Origin: Hemiscyllium ocellatum
Lineage: Eukaryota
Assembly: GCF_020745735.1 (NCBI RefSeq)
Contig: NC_083449.1
Coordinates: 2,888,923-2,952,922, forward strand
DNA length: 64,000 nt
Direction: 5' to 3'
Under the pieces are notes generated by a model. That model was not told where the DNA came from and made no database searches. It saw only the letters and a list, made by a program, of their open reading frames with translations. Shown here one piece after another: positions 25,945 through 39,462 of this stretch; positions within the stretch are counted from its first letter, which is position 1; each line of letters begins with the position of its first letter. Position numbers and translations under genes: made by a program.

Positions 25945-26690
25945 CAACGCCAGATTATACTCCAGCTACTTCATTTGGAAGTACGAGCTTTCAGAGCTCT
26001 GCTCCTTCATCAGGTAGCTGTGAAACAGGATCATGAGACACAGAATTTGTAGCTAAAGGTTACAATGTCATGCAACTGAAATTATATATTGAATAAATCT
26101 GGGTTAAGTTTTTCATCTTTTAAAATGGGCTGCAAGTTTGTTCATTTTATTTATTTATTTACTTATTTATTTATATATCTCCCAGAACAACTTTAAGTAC
26201 ATTCTCAAGATGACTTCAGGTTTTATTTAATAAAGGGTGACATCTCAGTTCAAACAATACATTAAAGATGTGAGGTTAGAGTCTGTCTGTATCCCAATCT
26301 TGAGTCAGACTGGCTCTATCATCAATATCGAAATTTATAAAGTACTACATTAATTAACTGCCTGCAGATTGTGCTCTTTTTGAGTAAAATAGAATGTATC
26401 TGCAAATTCACCCCATAGACATGTGTGTGTGTGCATGATTGCACCTACGAATGTGTGTTTGTGTGTGTGCATGCTTGATAAAGTGTGTGTATGAGTGCGA
26501 TGGTGTCAGCATGTGAGTGGGTGTGTGCATGGGTCTGAGTGTGGGAGTTGTATGCATGTATGTATGTGGGGAACTGTGTGGGTAGGAGAGGGTCTGCATG
26601 AGTGTGTGCGTGTGAGTGAGTGAGTGTGTCTAGTGTGACAGGAACCCAAGGTCCCAATTTGAGGCTGTCCTCATGGGTTCTCACCTTTAG
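25945..26690 (-). mobile_element. Degenerate PLE 3' fragment with CA-rich tract
   Basis: Hammerhead-bearing end and TG/CA-rich segment 26420-26635. Confidence 0.5.
25982..26016 (-). ncRNA. Minimal hammerhead ribozyme of a third PLE-associated family
   Basis: TAC-CTGATGA-A-GGAGC(AGA)GCTCT-GAAA-GC-TC-GTA. Confidence 0.72.
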
Positions 26691-27119
26691 TAAGGATACT
26701 TTTCACTTTATAATAGAGGTGAACAAATAGACAATGCTGTTAGTTTGAACAACCATATACAAAGTAGATCATGAGTACAGATATTGAAGGAAACTTTTCA
26801 GCTATGAGTAACTGAGAAGGACAGAATTAATCTTTTGTCACAATGTTCTAAGTATGACCTAACTAAAGTCTTATAAAGCTGCAATATGACATCCTGACTC
26901 TTGTACTCAATTCCCCAACAAAAAAGGCAAGCATGCTAGACACCTTCCTCCAGATACCACCCTATCTACTTGCATGGCCACTTTCAGGAACCTATAGACT
27001 TGATCCCCAAGATCCTTCTGTTCATCTGTAGTCCAGCCATTTACTGTATACGTTTCCTTGACATTTGATCACCCAAAGTCCAGCATCTTACACTTTGCCA
27101 GATTAAACTCATCTGCCAT

Positions 27120-29735
27120 GAGCGAGTTTTGAGAAGATTTGTAGCTCAGGTTGAGGCTTTGGTTGTAGGTTTGCTCACTGAGCTGCAAAATTCATTTCCA
27201 GACATTTCATTACCCTACTGGGTAACATCTTCAACGGGCCTCAGGCGAAGCAATGCTGAAAATTCCTGCTTTCTATTTATATGTTTAGGAGTCTTTGGGT
27301 TGGTGATGTCATTTCCTGTGGTGAGGTCACTTCCCGTTCCTTTTATCGGGGGTGGTAGATAGGGTCTAACTCTGTTTGTTGATAGATTTCCGGTTAGAAA
27401 GCCATGCTTCTAGGAATTCTTGTGCATGTCTTTGTTTGGCTTGTCCTAGGATGGCTGTGTTGTTTCAGCCGAAGTGGTGTCCTTCCTCCTCTGAATGTGA
27501 GGATACTAACGAGAGAGGGTCATGTCTTTTTGTGGCTAGTTGTGTTCATGTATCCTGGTGGCTAGTTTCCTGCCTGCTTGTCCAATGTAGTGATTGTTAG
27601 TCCTTGCATGGTATTTTGTAAATGACATTATAGAGTCATAGAGGTGTACAGCATGGAAACAGACCCTTCGGTACAACCCATCCATGCCGACCAGATATCC
27701 CAACCCGATGTAGTCCCATCTGCCAACACCCGGCCCATATCCCTCCAAACCCTTCCTATTCATATACCCGTCCAAATGCCTCTTAAATGTTGCAATTGTA
27801 CCAGCTTTCACCACTTTCTCTGCCAGCTCATTTCATACTCATACCACCCTCTGCGTGAAAAAGTTGCCCCTTAAGTCCCTTTTATATCTTTCCCCTCTCA
27901 CCATAAACCTATGCCGTCTAGTTCTGGACTCCCTGACCCCAGGGAAAAGACTTTGCCTATTTAGCCTATCCATGCACCTCAATTTTGTAAACCTCTATAA
28001 AGTCACCCCTCAGCCTCAGACGCTCCAAGGAAAACAGCCCCAGCCTGTTAAGCCTCTCCCCATAGCTCAAATCCTCCAACCCTGGCAACATCTTTGTAAA
28101 TCTTTTCTGAACCCTTTCAAGTTTCACAGCATCTTTCTGATAGGAAGGAGACCAGAAATGCAGCGATATTCCAACAGTATTAGTTTTGCTTGTTATCTGT
28201 ATAAAGTCTTTCAAGTTCATTAGCTGCTGTTTTAGTGTGTGTTGGTTTTGTGGGTTATCATGATGCCAAGGAGTCTGCCTAGTCTGGTAGTAATTTCTGA
28301 GATATCTTTGATGTAGGAGATAGTGGTTGGGGTTTCTGGGCGTGTTTTGTCTATTTGTTTGGGTTAGTTGCTGAGAAATTGTCAGATTGTGTTCAGTGGG
28401 TACCCATTCATTTTGAACGCACGGTATCAGTGATTTTCCTCCGCTCTGCATAGTTCCTCTGTGCTGCAGTGTGTGTTGGCTCATTGAAATAATGTTCTGA
28501 TGCAGCTTCGTTTGTGGGTGTTGGGATGATTGCTTCTGTAGTTCAATATTTTGTCTGTACATGTTTTTCCGTAGATGCTAGTTTGAAGCTCCCCATTGGC
28601 TGTTTGCTCTACTGTGACTTCTAGGAATGATAGTTTGTTGTTGTTGTTTTCTTCCTCTTTATTGAATTTTTTGCCAGTAGGGGTATTATTGATGGTCTTG
28701 AAGGTTTCCTCTAACATGTTTCGTTTAGTGATGACAAAGGTGTCATCCACGTAGCAGACCCAAAGTTTGGATTGGATGATTGGCAGAGCTGTTTGCTCAA
28801 GTCACTGCATTACTGCCTCTGATAAGATCCCTGATATTGGAGATCCCATTGGTGTGTCTGTAGGGTTGTTGTTGTTGAAAGTGAAGTGGGTGGTAAGGCA
28901 TAGGTCCATTAGCTTGATGATATTCTCCTTGTTGATGAAGTTAGTGGTGTTTGATGTATGTGTCTTTGCATCTTCTAATAGTGTAGTCAGAGTTTCCCTG
29001 GCCAGGTTAATGTTGATTGAAGTAAACAGGGCTGTCACATCAAAGGAGACCATTATTTCATCCTCTTGTATCTTAGTGTCTTTAATGGTCTTCAGGAATT
29101 CTTGGGTGGAGTGGTGAGAGTCTTCTACTAAGTGTTTTAGACTTTGGTGTAGCTCCTTGGCCAATCTGTAAGTTGGTGTTCCAGGTAGTAAGACTATGGG
29201 TCTGAGGGGGAGCTCCTGGTTTGTGAATTTTGGGTAATCCGCAGAATCGTGGTTTGTTGAATCCATCTGGTTTCATTTTTTTTTAAGTCTCTCTCATTTA
29301 TTTCTCCAGATTTCTGAAGTTTTTTGAGTGGGGCTGTGATTCAGTTCTCCAGTTGTGGGGTTGGGTTTATCACCATTTGTTAGTACGTATTGCTATCTGT
29401 AAGTAGTGCATTTGCTTTTTCAATGTAGTCTCTTCGGTTTAGAATGACTGTCAAGCGTCCTTTATCTGCAGGTAGGATAACAATGTTTTTTTTAGTCTTT
29501 CCAGTACTTTCCTTTCTTGTGTATTGTGTGTTTTCTTCCATTTTCCTGCCACTCCCTGAGAAAAGAACAGGAAGTGACTTCACCACAGGAAATGGCATTA
29601 CCAACCCAAAGAAGCCCAAACATATAAATAGAAAGCAGGAACTTTCAGCATTGCTTTGCCTGAGGCCCAATGAAGGTGTTACCTATGAGGATAACAAAAT
29701 GCCTGGAAATGAACCTTGCAGCTCAGCGATCAATC
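27120..29735 (-). mobile_element. Degenerate Penelope-like element with inverted terminal repeat and nested CR1
   Basis: RT fragments (PRFCGLPKIHK, MVSFDVTALFT, TPMGSPIS, DDTFVI) and HYIGQ; 27130-27345 is inverted at ~29545-29735; CR1 insert ~27632-28160. Confidence 0.88.
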
Positions 29736-32700
29736 TGCCGTTTTTCAGGCCATATCCTCCTGTATCCTTTGACAAGCTTCCACACTATCCACAAGTTCAT
29801 CAACCTTTGCCGTCTGCATTTAGTAATGATAATTTTAGTGTTAAAATTGAGGCAAACAAATAGTTGATGTGATTACTTTGAGCAACCATATGTAAAATAG
29901 ATATGGAGTACAAATTTATATTGAAGGAAACATTTCAGCTTTCAGGAATTGAAAGCAACGGAATTACTCTTTCGTCATGTATATAGACACCGAAATCAAA
30001 TAATATGAATGCCAAATGCACATTCTCTGCAAAGCCTGACATAGAATGATTAGTGTGTAGGTACGTAACCAATTGTTGCCCCCCACCCCCCAACACACAC
30101 ACACACGCGCACACACACAAACACTATCTCTCTGAGTTTCAAAAACATACACCATCCTGACATACTTTTCAATGTCTAACTGCCTTGCAGTTCCATTGAC
30201 ATTGCAAGTAACAGAAAATATTACATTCAAAATGATTTCTCCCCACAGATCCTTTGTCAGAGAGAGGGGCCGACAGCACAGAATCAGGCCCTTCATAACT
30301 TGAGTCTGCACTGATCAGAAACAACCAGCTAACAATTTTCATCCTGATCAGCGAGCATCAATTTGCATAAATGTATCATGGTAGCAGAGGAGCTGCCATC
30401 CCCATCTTTGTCACAACATCATTCACCATTTCTTCACATTGCAATAGAAGACTTTGTTTTGTCTGTTTCAGTCCAACCAGAAAGTTTTTAAAAGATAATT
30501 GTGTACTACTTTCAAAATTAGTTGCAATTATCGACTAAGAGCTCTGCATTCGTCCTATCCCTCCCGAGGAAGTATCACATAAAAGCGTGAAATCTGGCTG
30601 CAATTTCACAATTCATCAATGGAATCTAATAACCACCCTTCAAAGCAGTGGAGAAAGGGGGAAAAAAAAGCCAAAATTGGTCGGTTTGTAAAACTGCTCA
30701 TTTTATTTTCAAGCAGAGTTGAATAGTGCTGATTATTCCATAAGTTGAATTTGACAGTTTACATAAAAACGTGACAAAAAAAAATCCTTTTCCTTTCCTC
30801 CTTCCTACTATAGAGTAAGACAAGAGTACTGTTAATGGTACATCATCACACTACAGAGCAGGGTAATGTTCTGTCTACATCAGAAAAACAGTTAATTAGC
30901 CAATGGTCTTTTCTGTACAAGGAACATTATGGTCAGTCAGCTCCAATGCAGTTGAATGGTTTATCACCCTTTCACTTAGTTGCAAATGGATTCAGTTTAC
31001 ACTGACTGTTAGTTCAGCAGTGTTCAGAAAAGTACATCAATATGCACGGAGACAAAATTAATGGCATTCTGAAGACTAACATTTTATATCAATACTGCTG
31101 TTAGATTCTGCATTATACAAGTTACAAAAGGTTCATTGTGTATCCTACCTTGACTCTGAAGAACAGCACGGAATCCTTTCTGTTGGAGTGTGTTACGTTT
31201 TCACTTACACGTGATTCCTACCACCACTAACAATTAAAGAACTTTGGCTGTTTCCCATCCACTACAGGAGACGTGAACTGAGGTACAGAGTGGCAGCATA
31301 AGAGCAAACTCACTCTCACTCAGTCACTGAGTGCTGAAAGGAAAAGAATAAAATTAGGCCTAAATTATTTCCAGATATGAATGGACTCTCAACATCACTT
31401 ATCATAGCTGAGGATATGCAGTGCCGAGCAGCGCTTGATAAAATCTACTATACAGGCATGCACACACAATGTAACAATAATCTGAGACTGAAATGCAATA
31501 CAATTAAGCATCATTGAAAAGAGTTTATGCTACACAGACACAAACCCACAACTGAACATAAATGAACAAGATCAAGTAATTCTCCAATGAACCCTCTCCA
31601 GAGCTTGAGAATCCTCCCTTAAAAAAAGTGCCCAGAACTGACCACAAATGAGATGTGACCAATGATCTGTGATTGAGATTGTGGGAAACATATCAAAACT
31701 AGCACTAGTTATTAAAAGTCAGATGACAGCAGAACTGATGTCAAATTGTCCTTTCCATAGAGACACTGACAATGAGTGGATGAAGTTCACATTCTCAACA
31801 ATTACTGCAGAACTGATGCATAACAGTATGTCCCAGTACAGACACAATAGGCTGAATGGTCTGCTTCTGAGCTGTACCATATCAGTGACTCTGATTTTGA
31901 TGTGAAAGGAGATGACATGCTGTTGTGTTGCATATTGATATGAAAAGTATGAGGCAGAAATGGACTGACATGTAGAATAAAACTCTCTTTCACAAAATAA
32001 ACACCAATAATGTCTGGGTACAAATTAAAACTAAATATCTCAGTGACACCACGGATCCCAGATTCTCTACCCAAACAGGAAATACGTGACCATAATTCAG
32101 AATGGTTCTCAGAATAAAGCAGTTTCCCTTCTGCCATCGCCCTTTCTCCTCTCTCCCCCACCCACCCTGACAGACTGACAGTCAACTAAAAAAAATCAGA
32201 AAATGTGGAAAAGATGAAGGTCCAGTCTCAACACCCTCATAACAAATATCACAGAATGTATCACATTGACGCAGAGAATATTACTAGCTTCCACTTTGAT
32301 ACACAAGAGCAGTCACTGACAAGTGCAGGCTGATAACTACACACTCATTCATGTTGCAGAAATAGACAAACAAATGATGACACAGATACTGTGATGTAAA
32401 TCTGTGACTAATAGTCTCCATCGGTCAGTTTCTCTCAACTGAAGTCTCACACTCGCATTGCAGTAACTGTCAGGGGCAGATTAACAACTACACTCATTCA
32501 CATAGCTAAAACTGACAGGAACAGAATTCACAGGTACATATTAGTACCTGCACTGATCACATTCATCAAACTGGATCTGACAGGTAGAAATCGATATTTA
32601 AGTTCACATATTGACAAGGCAGAGACTGAGGGGCATAGATTGGTAACTGCATTCACATACTGATAGGAGAAATTGACAAGTACAGATTAATATTGACAGT

Positions 32701-32814
32701 CTCAATTCACAGAGCAGGAACAGACTGGTAAATACACTCATTCACATCGGGGAAACTGACAGGGAGAGATCGATAGTTACATGCACATAGAAACAACTGA
32801 CATTGATAACTACA

Positions 32815-33700
32815 TTGGTTAGATAAATGATTAGGAGTTGGGTATTGAGGATATAATTTCTGAATTTGCAGTTGATACTAACCCAGGGAGATGAGGGATT
32901 GGGAGGATGATGCTGAGTGACTTCACAGGGAGATTATCAAGTTGGCCAAATGGCAACTTTTAATTGCCGTATTCGGCAATTAATTCCAATACAGAGAAAT
33001 GTGAGGTAAAGCATTTTGCTAACAGAAACACAGAGCAACAATGCAGGGTCAATGGTACGTCTTTGAAGGGAGCACTGGAGCAGAGGGACCTCAGGGTGAT
33101 CATTCTCTTAAGTTGGCCAGGCAAGCTGAAACCGCTGTGAAGAAGGCTGATAGGATCCTAGTGGTTATAGAGGCATTGAGTATAAAACTGAGGAAATGAT
33201 GCTACACCTCTGCAAATCATTGGTCAGATCAGTTTTGTTCAGTTCTGGGCATTTTATTTAAGATAGGAACTTCAAACACTGGAGAGCATTCATTGAAGAT
33301 TTACTAGAATGATAGCAGGAATGAATAATTTTACATCCAAGGAAAGATTAGTGATATCCAGCTCCTTTTCCTTTGAGCAGAGAAGATTAAGAGGGGAACC
33401 TTGTGGAGGTTTCAAAATTATGCAGAATTTTGCCATGGGAAAGATGAATATTTTGTTACCACTAGTTGGTATGTCAGTAACTCAGGGTCACAATTTCAAG
33501 ATTGTCAGTATGAGAGCCAGGTGTGAGATGAGGAGAAACGTCTTTACACAGAGTTGTTAGGATTTGGATTGGGCAGCCTGGGATCATGGTAGAGGTAGAT
33601 TCCATATGAGGTATGAAAAGAGAGCTGGATATGTACTGGAAGTGATGTAATTAGAGGGCAATGAAGATAGGGCTGGAAAACAATCCTGCCTTGAATTATT
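32815..33700 (+). mobile_element. Old CR1-type LINE 3' fragment
   Basis: FSFEQRRLRG..RNVFTQ remnants. Confidence 0.7.
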
Positions 33701-34253
33701 TCCAGCTGACCACAATTTAAACAAAAGATGGAAAGTACAGCATAAAATGTGAAATCTGTGTCTCACACCTGCACGCACACACAAACACACCATGGGTGCA
33801 GGGGAAAATAAGCACTACTGCAGTTAGGCGGTAATGTGGGGGTTAAAAAGGAAAGAAAAAAATAAAAATAAATAGGAGTGTCTGTTTGATCACACAGCAT
33901 AAAAAGAAAAATAAAATGAACAGGGATGTCAGGGGTTCTTGGAACTGGCTCTGTGTCAAGAAAAAAAAAAGATAATATAAAATCTGAAATCTCTGCCATC
34001 AACAGTTAGATTGTGCTACAGCGGGATCAACTGACACACTGAGGGTTGTGGGAGAGACAATTATGCAGATGGTTTCTCAAGACAATTCCATCTTTGGAAC
34101 TGACATCTTGCTGTGTAAACTGAGACAAAGCCTAGCTGAATCATAGAAACGTGTCATTGCTCTGCCTTCACTCCCTTGTCCTCCTTATTTGCTGGAAGGT
34201 AGGATTGCTATTGATCGATTTGTGAAGCTTCACGGGCTTTCTTCTGTGCTGTC

Positions 34254-34385
34254 TCACAATGTCCATGGAAGGCTGGCATAAACTTTTCCCTCTTCATCTT
34301 GACCTGGTTCCTCATCCTCTCCTGTATCTATGTGCCTCAGAATGGCGTATGTGATGCAGGGTGGTTGTTGTTCCACTTGGTCAGC
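34254..34385 (-). pseudogene. Terminal cytoplasmic exon with tyrosine motifs ITYAIL and KVYASL
   Basis: ADQVEQQPPCITYAILRHIDTGEDEEPGQDEEGKVYASLPWTL*; acceptor TGTTCAG. Confidence 0.78.
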
Positions 34386-34954
34386 CTGAACACAAGTCAA
34401 CACTGAAACGTAGTAGATAGGAGCAAGACCAAAATTGGTGGCATTGTGGACAGAGAAGGTGATCGAAGAGTACAATGGAAATTTGATCAACTGGGCCAGC
34501 AGTTGAGTAGTAGAAGAAGTTTAATTTAGATAAAAGTGAGTTGCGTTTTGACAAGGCAAACCAGGGCAGGACCTATACTGTTCATTGTACAAGTCTAGGA
34601 AGTCTTTCCGAACAAACAGACCTAGGGGGTGCGTGTGAATAGTTCCTTGAATGTGGCCTTGCAGCTAGACACAATGGTGAAGGCGGCATTTGGCATGCTT
34701 GCCTTCATTAGTTGGCAGGAGTTGGGGCATCATGTTACAGCTATACAGGATGTTGGTGAGGCCACTTTTAGAACACTGTGTACAGTTCTGGTCAACATGC
34801 TGTGGAAAGGATGTTAAGCTCGAAAGGGCACAAATAACATTTCCAAAGACCGTATGATATAGCAACCATTCGGCCCATCAAGTCTGCTCCACCATTCCAT
34901 CATGGCTGATAGGCTTCTTCACGTCATTCTCTTGCCTTCTCTCTACTGATCAAG

Positions 34955-36138
34955 TGACCACACACTTTACATTCAACAATCAGATATACGAACAAATCAA
35001 CGGAACACCCATGGGATCACCAATCTCGGGACTCATAGCAGAGGCAGTTATGCAAAGGTTAGAACATACAGCCCTACCACAAATCCAACCCAAACTCTGG
35101 ATCAGATACGTCGATGACACCTTTGTAATCATCAAAAACACAGAAATAGAAAAAACACACCGAATCATCAATGCCACACTCACAGGAATACGATTCACGA
35201 GAGAAGAGGAAAAGGATAGCCAACTCCCATTCCTAGACGTGTTAGTAGAGAGAACACCCAACGGAGAATTCACCACAAGGGTACACAGGAAACCAACACA
35301 CACAGACCAAGTCCTAAACTATGAAAGTAACCACCCCAACACACACAAACAAAGCTGCATCAGGACACTATTCAAAAGAGCCACAACACACTGCAGCACA
35401 CCAGAACTGCGAAAAGAGGAAGAGGAACACCTATACAAGGTATTCGCCAAAAACGGATACCCACGAAACTTTATCATCCGGTGCCTAAGAGATAGACCAC
35501 GGAACGAGGACATGCCACAACCAAAAGGACTAGCCACACTACCATACGTCAGGAGCGTCTCAGAACTGACAGCCAGACTACTGCGACCCTTAGGACTCAT
35601 AACAGCACACAAGCCAACTTCCACACTCAGACAACAACTCACTAGAACAAAGGACCCAATAGCCAGCACGAGCCAAACTAACGTAGTTTACAAAATACCA
35701 TGCAAGGACTGCACAAAACACTATATAGGACAAACAGGAAGACAGCTAACAATCCGCATCCATGAACATCAGCTAGCCACAAAACGACATGACCAGCTAT
35801 CCCTAGTAGCCATATACTCAGACAACCAGGAACATGAATTTGACTGGGAAAACACTACCATCATAGGACAAGCCAGACAGAGAACAGCCAGGGAATTCCT
35901 AGAGGCATGGCATTCATCCACAAACCCCATTAACAGACACATAGACCTGGACCCCATATACAAACCACTACAGCTGAAACTGACACCCGGAAGCGGCAAG
36001 AACAAACCACTATAAATACCGGAAGAAACATCAAAGCAGCGCTTCACAGGAGGTTCCAATAGCACTGATGATGTTCCCTAGCCAGGGAACGAAACGTTTG
36101 CAGCAAAAACTTCCAGCTCGGCGAACAGAACCACAATA
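34955..36138 (+). mobile_element. Penelope-like element (Penelope/Poseidon type), 5'-truncated, young
   Basis: Uninterrupted 353-codon frame with RT motifs (GTPMGSPIS, YVDD) and GIY-YIG (VVYKIPC..HYIGQT); 10-bp TSD ACTGATCAAG at 34945-34954 and 36139-36148. Confidence 0.95.
36062..36101 (+). ncRNA. Minimal hammerhead ribozyme in PLE 3' region
   Basis: GCA-CTGATGA-T-GTTCCCT(AGCC)AGGGAAC-GAAA-CG-TT-TGC. Confidence 0.85.
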
Positions 36139-36559
36139 ACTGATCAAGAATCTCTGTCTTAAAGACATAATGACAACTGTCTGCAGCAATGTTTTCCACA
36201 GACTCTCCACTGTCTGGCTGAAGAAACTCCTCCTCATTAAATGGTGGAACCGGGTCAAGGGGCTGAATGGCCTCCTCCTACTCCTTTATACGGATATTCC
36301 ACATTAATAAATCTTGGAACCCCTGCAGTAACAAAGTGGCATTCCCAAACGCCAGAGCAATTAGTGATTTCAAATAGAAACTGCAAGTCCAAATGTTTTA
36401 TTTTCACACATTCCAGATTCCCACCATCTTCTGGGGGAAACAATCTTCAAATCCCTCCTTAAGCCACTTGCCCTTCACTTTAAAATGATGCTCCCTTGTT
36501 ACTGATCTTTCGACTAAGGGAAACAGCTGCTTCCTGTCCCCCTGTCCATATCCCTCATA

Positions 36560-37265
36560 ACAGAGTCAGAATCACACAGCAAGGAAACTGACCCTTCAGT
36601 CCAACTACTCCATGCCGTCCATAATCTCAAACTAAACTAGTCCCACTTGTTTGCACTTGGCCAATATCTCTCCAAACCCTTCCTATCTTGGACTTACTTA
36701 AACGTCTTTTAAACTCTGTAACTGTCCTCATACCTGCCACTTCCTCTGAAAGTTCAATCCACACATTAACCACTCTCCGTCAAAAAATGTTACCCGTCAT
36801 GTCATTCTCAAAAATGTTTCTCTTCTCAACTGAAAAATATGTCCCCTGGTCTTGAAGTTCCCCCACTCTCGGGAAAAGACACCTGTCATTCACCTCATCT
36901 AGGACTATCGTGATTCCATAAACTTCTATATCCCTCAAACTTCCACCCTCCAGTGAAAATAGTCCCAGTCCTTATAACGCAGACACTCCATTCCCAACAA
37001 CATTCTGGTATATCTTTTCTGAATCCTCTCCAACTTAATAATGTCCTTCCTCCAACAGGGCAACCAGAACTGGACACAATACACCAGAACAGGCTTCACC
37101 AGTGTCCTGTACAACCACAACAGGGTGTCCGAACTCCGATACTCAATTGTCTGAACAATGGAGGCAAGTGTTCTAAACACCTTCTCAAACACCCTGTTTA
37201 CCTGTGACACAAAATACAAAGAATTGTGTACCTGAAACCCTAGGGTTCTTTGCCATACACACTAC
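36560..37265 (-). mobile_element. CR1-type LINE 3' fragment
   Basis: LYRTLVKPVLVYCVQFWLP..LERIQKRYTRM. Confidence 0.85.
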
Positions 37266-39431
37266 CGATCTTTCACACCTCGATCATGTCCCCCTTCCCC
37301 ATCAACCTTTTCTGTTATAAAGGAAACAACCCAAACTTCCCTCCAATGCTTCCAGGAAGAGATTTGTTTTTGTGGATCTTACCAATCAGACAAATACCAG
37401 CATGAACGCTGACCAATACGTGACGGTGTAAGAACAACAGCTCACAGATTCGTACTCACCGTTCAATCGAATTGACTCGATTTCCCATCACCTCCCTTGG
37501 AATGAAATATTTCCACACCATTACCCAACCAAGTTCCAATCCCGCTCACAACAACAATTTGCTGCTGTTCACATATGAAAACCCCTGGCAACAAGGTCAC
37601 TCAGCCATGGTCCCAAGGAATTACCTCTTGGAATTGTCCAGAATGTGGCTCAGAACTTCTACGTTCACAGAATCACAAAATGTTATTGCACAGAAGGAGG
37701 CCAGTTGTGTCTGTACCAGCTCCTGAAAGGGCAATCCAGCTAGACCCACTCTCTAGCCCTATCTCCGTAGCCCACTACCATCATCCCTTTCAAACTTAAA
37801 TCCAGTTCTCTTTTTGAACTTCCTGTGGAATCATCCGCCACCACTCTCCCAAGCAGCACATTCCAAACCCAACAACCCAAATAAATTTCTCCTTATCTCA
37901 CACTCTCACTGACAATCTTGAACTTCTGACCAGCCAGTTACTAACAGAAAAATGAATGAGAAACAACAACTTTCTTTCCCTGAGTTCCACCACTGTCTTG
38001 TACAAGTTTAACATCATCTCCTGTTCTTTGACTCTGAAACCCCTATTAATAAAGCAGAAAATGCTTTGTGTTTTATTATCTGCTCTCCCCCTGTTATGCC
38101 ACCTTCTCTGATCTGTGAACATATAACCCCAGCTCCCTCTGTTCCTGCACCCCCTTTAGAATTTTACCCCCCTACTTTGTATTGTCTTTCTATTTCTATC
38201 AACCATCGTTTTTCACCAAATTTGTGTTGAATCACTGTTGTCTTTATTTGACTGTTCACTTACTAAAACTTCATTTTCTCCCTCCGAGTAGATTTTATTC
38301 ATTTCCTTGCTACTAACTAACAAGAACATGCAGGCTAGGATCAGGTTGAGTCCATTTGGCCCGTCAGGAACCTGCTCCACAATTCCATACGATTGCAGCT
38401 GATCCCATCTCAGCCTCAACTCCACTTTACTGCAAACACTCCCTTTGATCCATCACTGATTAACAATCTGTCTGTCTCCTCCTCCAATTGATGCAGTGTC
38501 TTGGGTGGTGGGGAATGGAGTGGGGGGTGTTCCCATTGATGTACAATCCCCACCTCATTTGAGAGAATTCATTCCTCCTCATCTCTGTTTCCAATCTGCC
38601 CAGCTCCTTATCCTGAAATGATAACCTCTCATTCTAGATTCTCACACATGAGCAAACATCCTCTCTCCATCTCCTTTGTCAATATTCCCTTTAGCAGCTT
38701 ATAACCCTCAGTTAAATCTCCTCTCTTCTAAAATCCAGAGAAACTTTTCAATCTCTCATCTAAGACAAACTCTTCATCTCTGGAAATGATAGAGTGAAAT
38801 TCTTCTGACCTGCCTCTGTCCTCAAGTAAAGAGATCAAAATTGTACCACTCTGTTCTCATAAGATGAACCTTTCATCTTGGCAATCAATTCAGTGAATCT
38901 CCTCTGAACTCCCCCCAATTCAACTACATCCGTCCTCAAGTAAGGAGACCAAACCTATCTGCAGTAGTCCGGATGTGGAAACCCACACTGTCCAGCTGCA
39001 GTAACACTTCCCTACTTTCATACTCCATTCTTTTCGCAATAAATGCTCTCCTTTGTGACCCCCTCTAGCTGTACACTACTTTCTGAGATTCATGCACAAG
39101 GACATCCTCATCCCTTTGCACCAAAACAATTTGAACTTTCTCTCCAAATCATATGACAAATTCCTTTTTCAATTCTTCCAACTACAATGGATACCCTCAC
39201 CACTGATGGGACTGAACAACGTTCAGTTCCGTGTCTAACGGAAATTGAGATTGTATCCTCGAATTGAATTGTTGTGCTTTAGATTTGCAAATGAGTCAAA
39301 CACAATGGTCCATTTGCTCCAATTTGTCTAACAAATGTAACATTTCTGGGTTTGCACCCCAGAGTGATTTTTAGACCATTTGGACAGTGTTTGAATACTG
39401 TTCGAAGTTGCTAACCACCTCAATAACTTAC

Positions 39432-39462
39432 CTGTGCTGCCGGGAACAGCTGGAAGAATTGG
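39432..39462 (-). pseudogene. 31-nt cytoplasmic mini-exon (PILPAVPGST)
   Basis: Strong acceptor TTTTTCTCCAG and donor CAG|GTAAGT. Confidence 0.65.
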
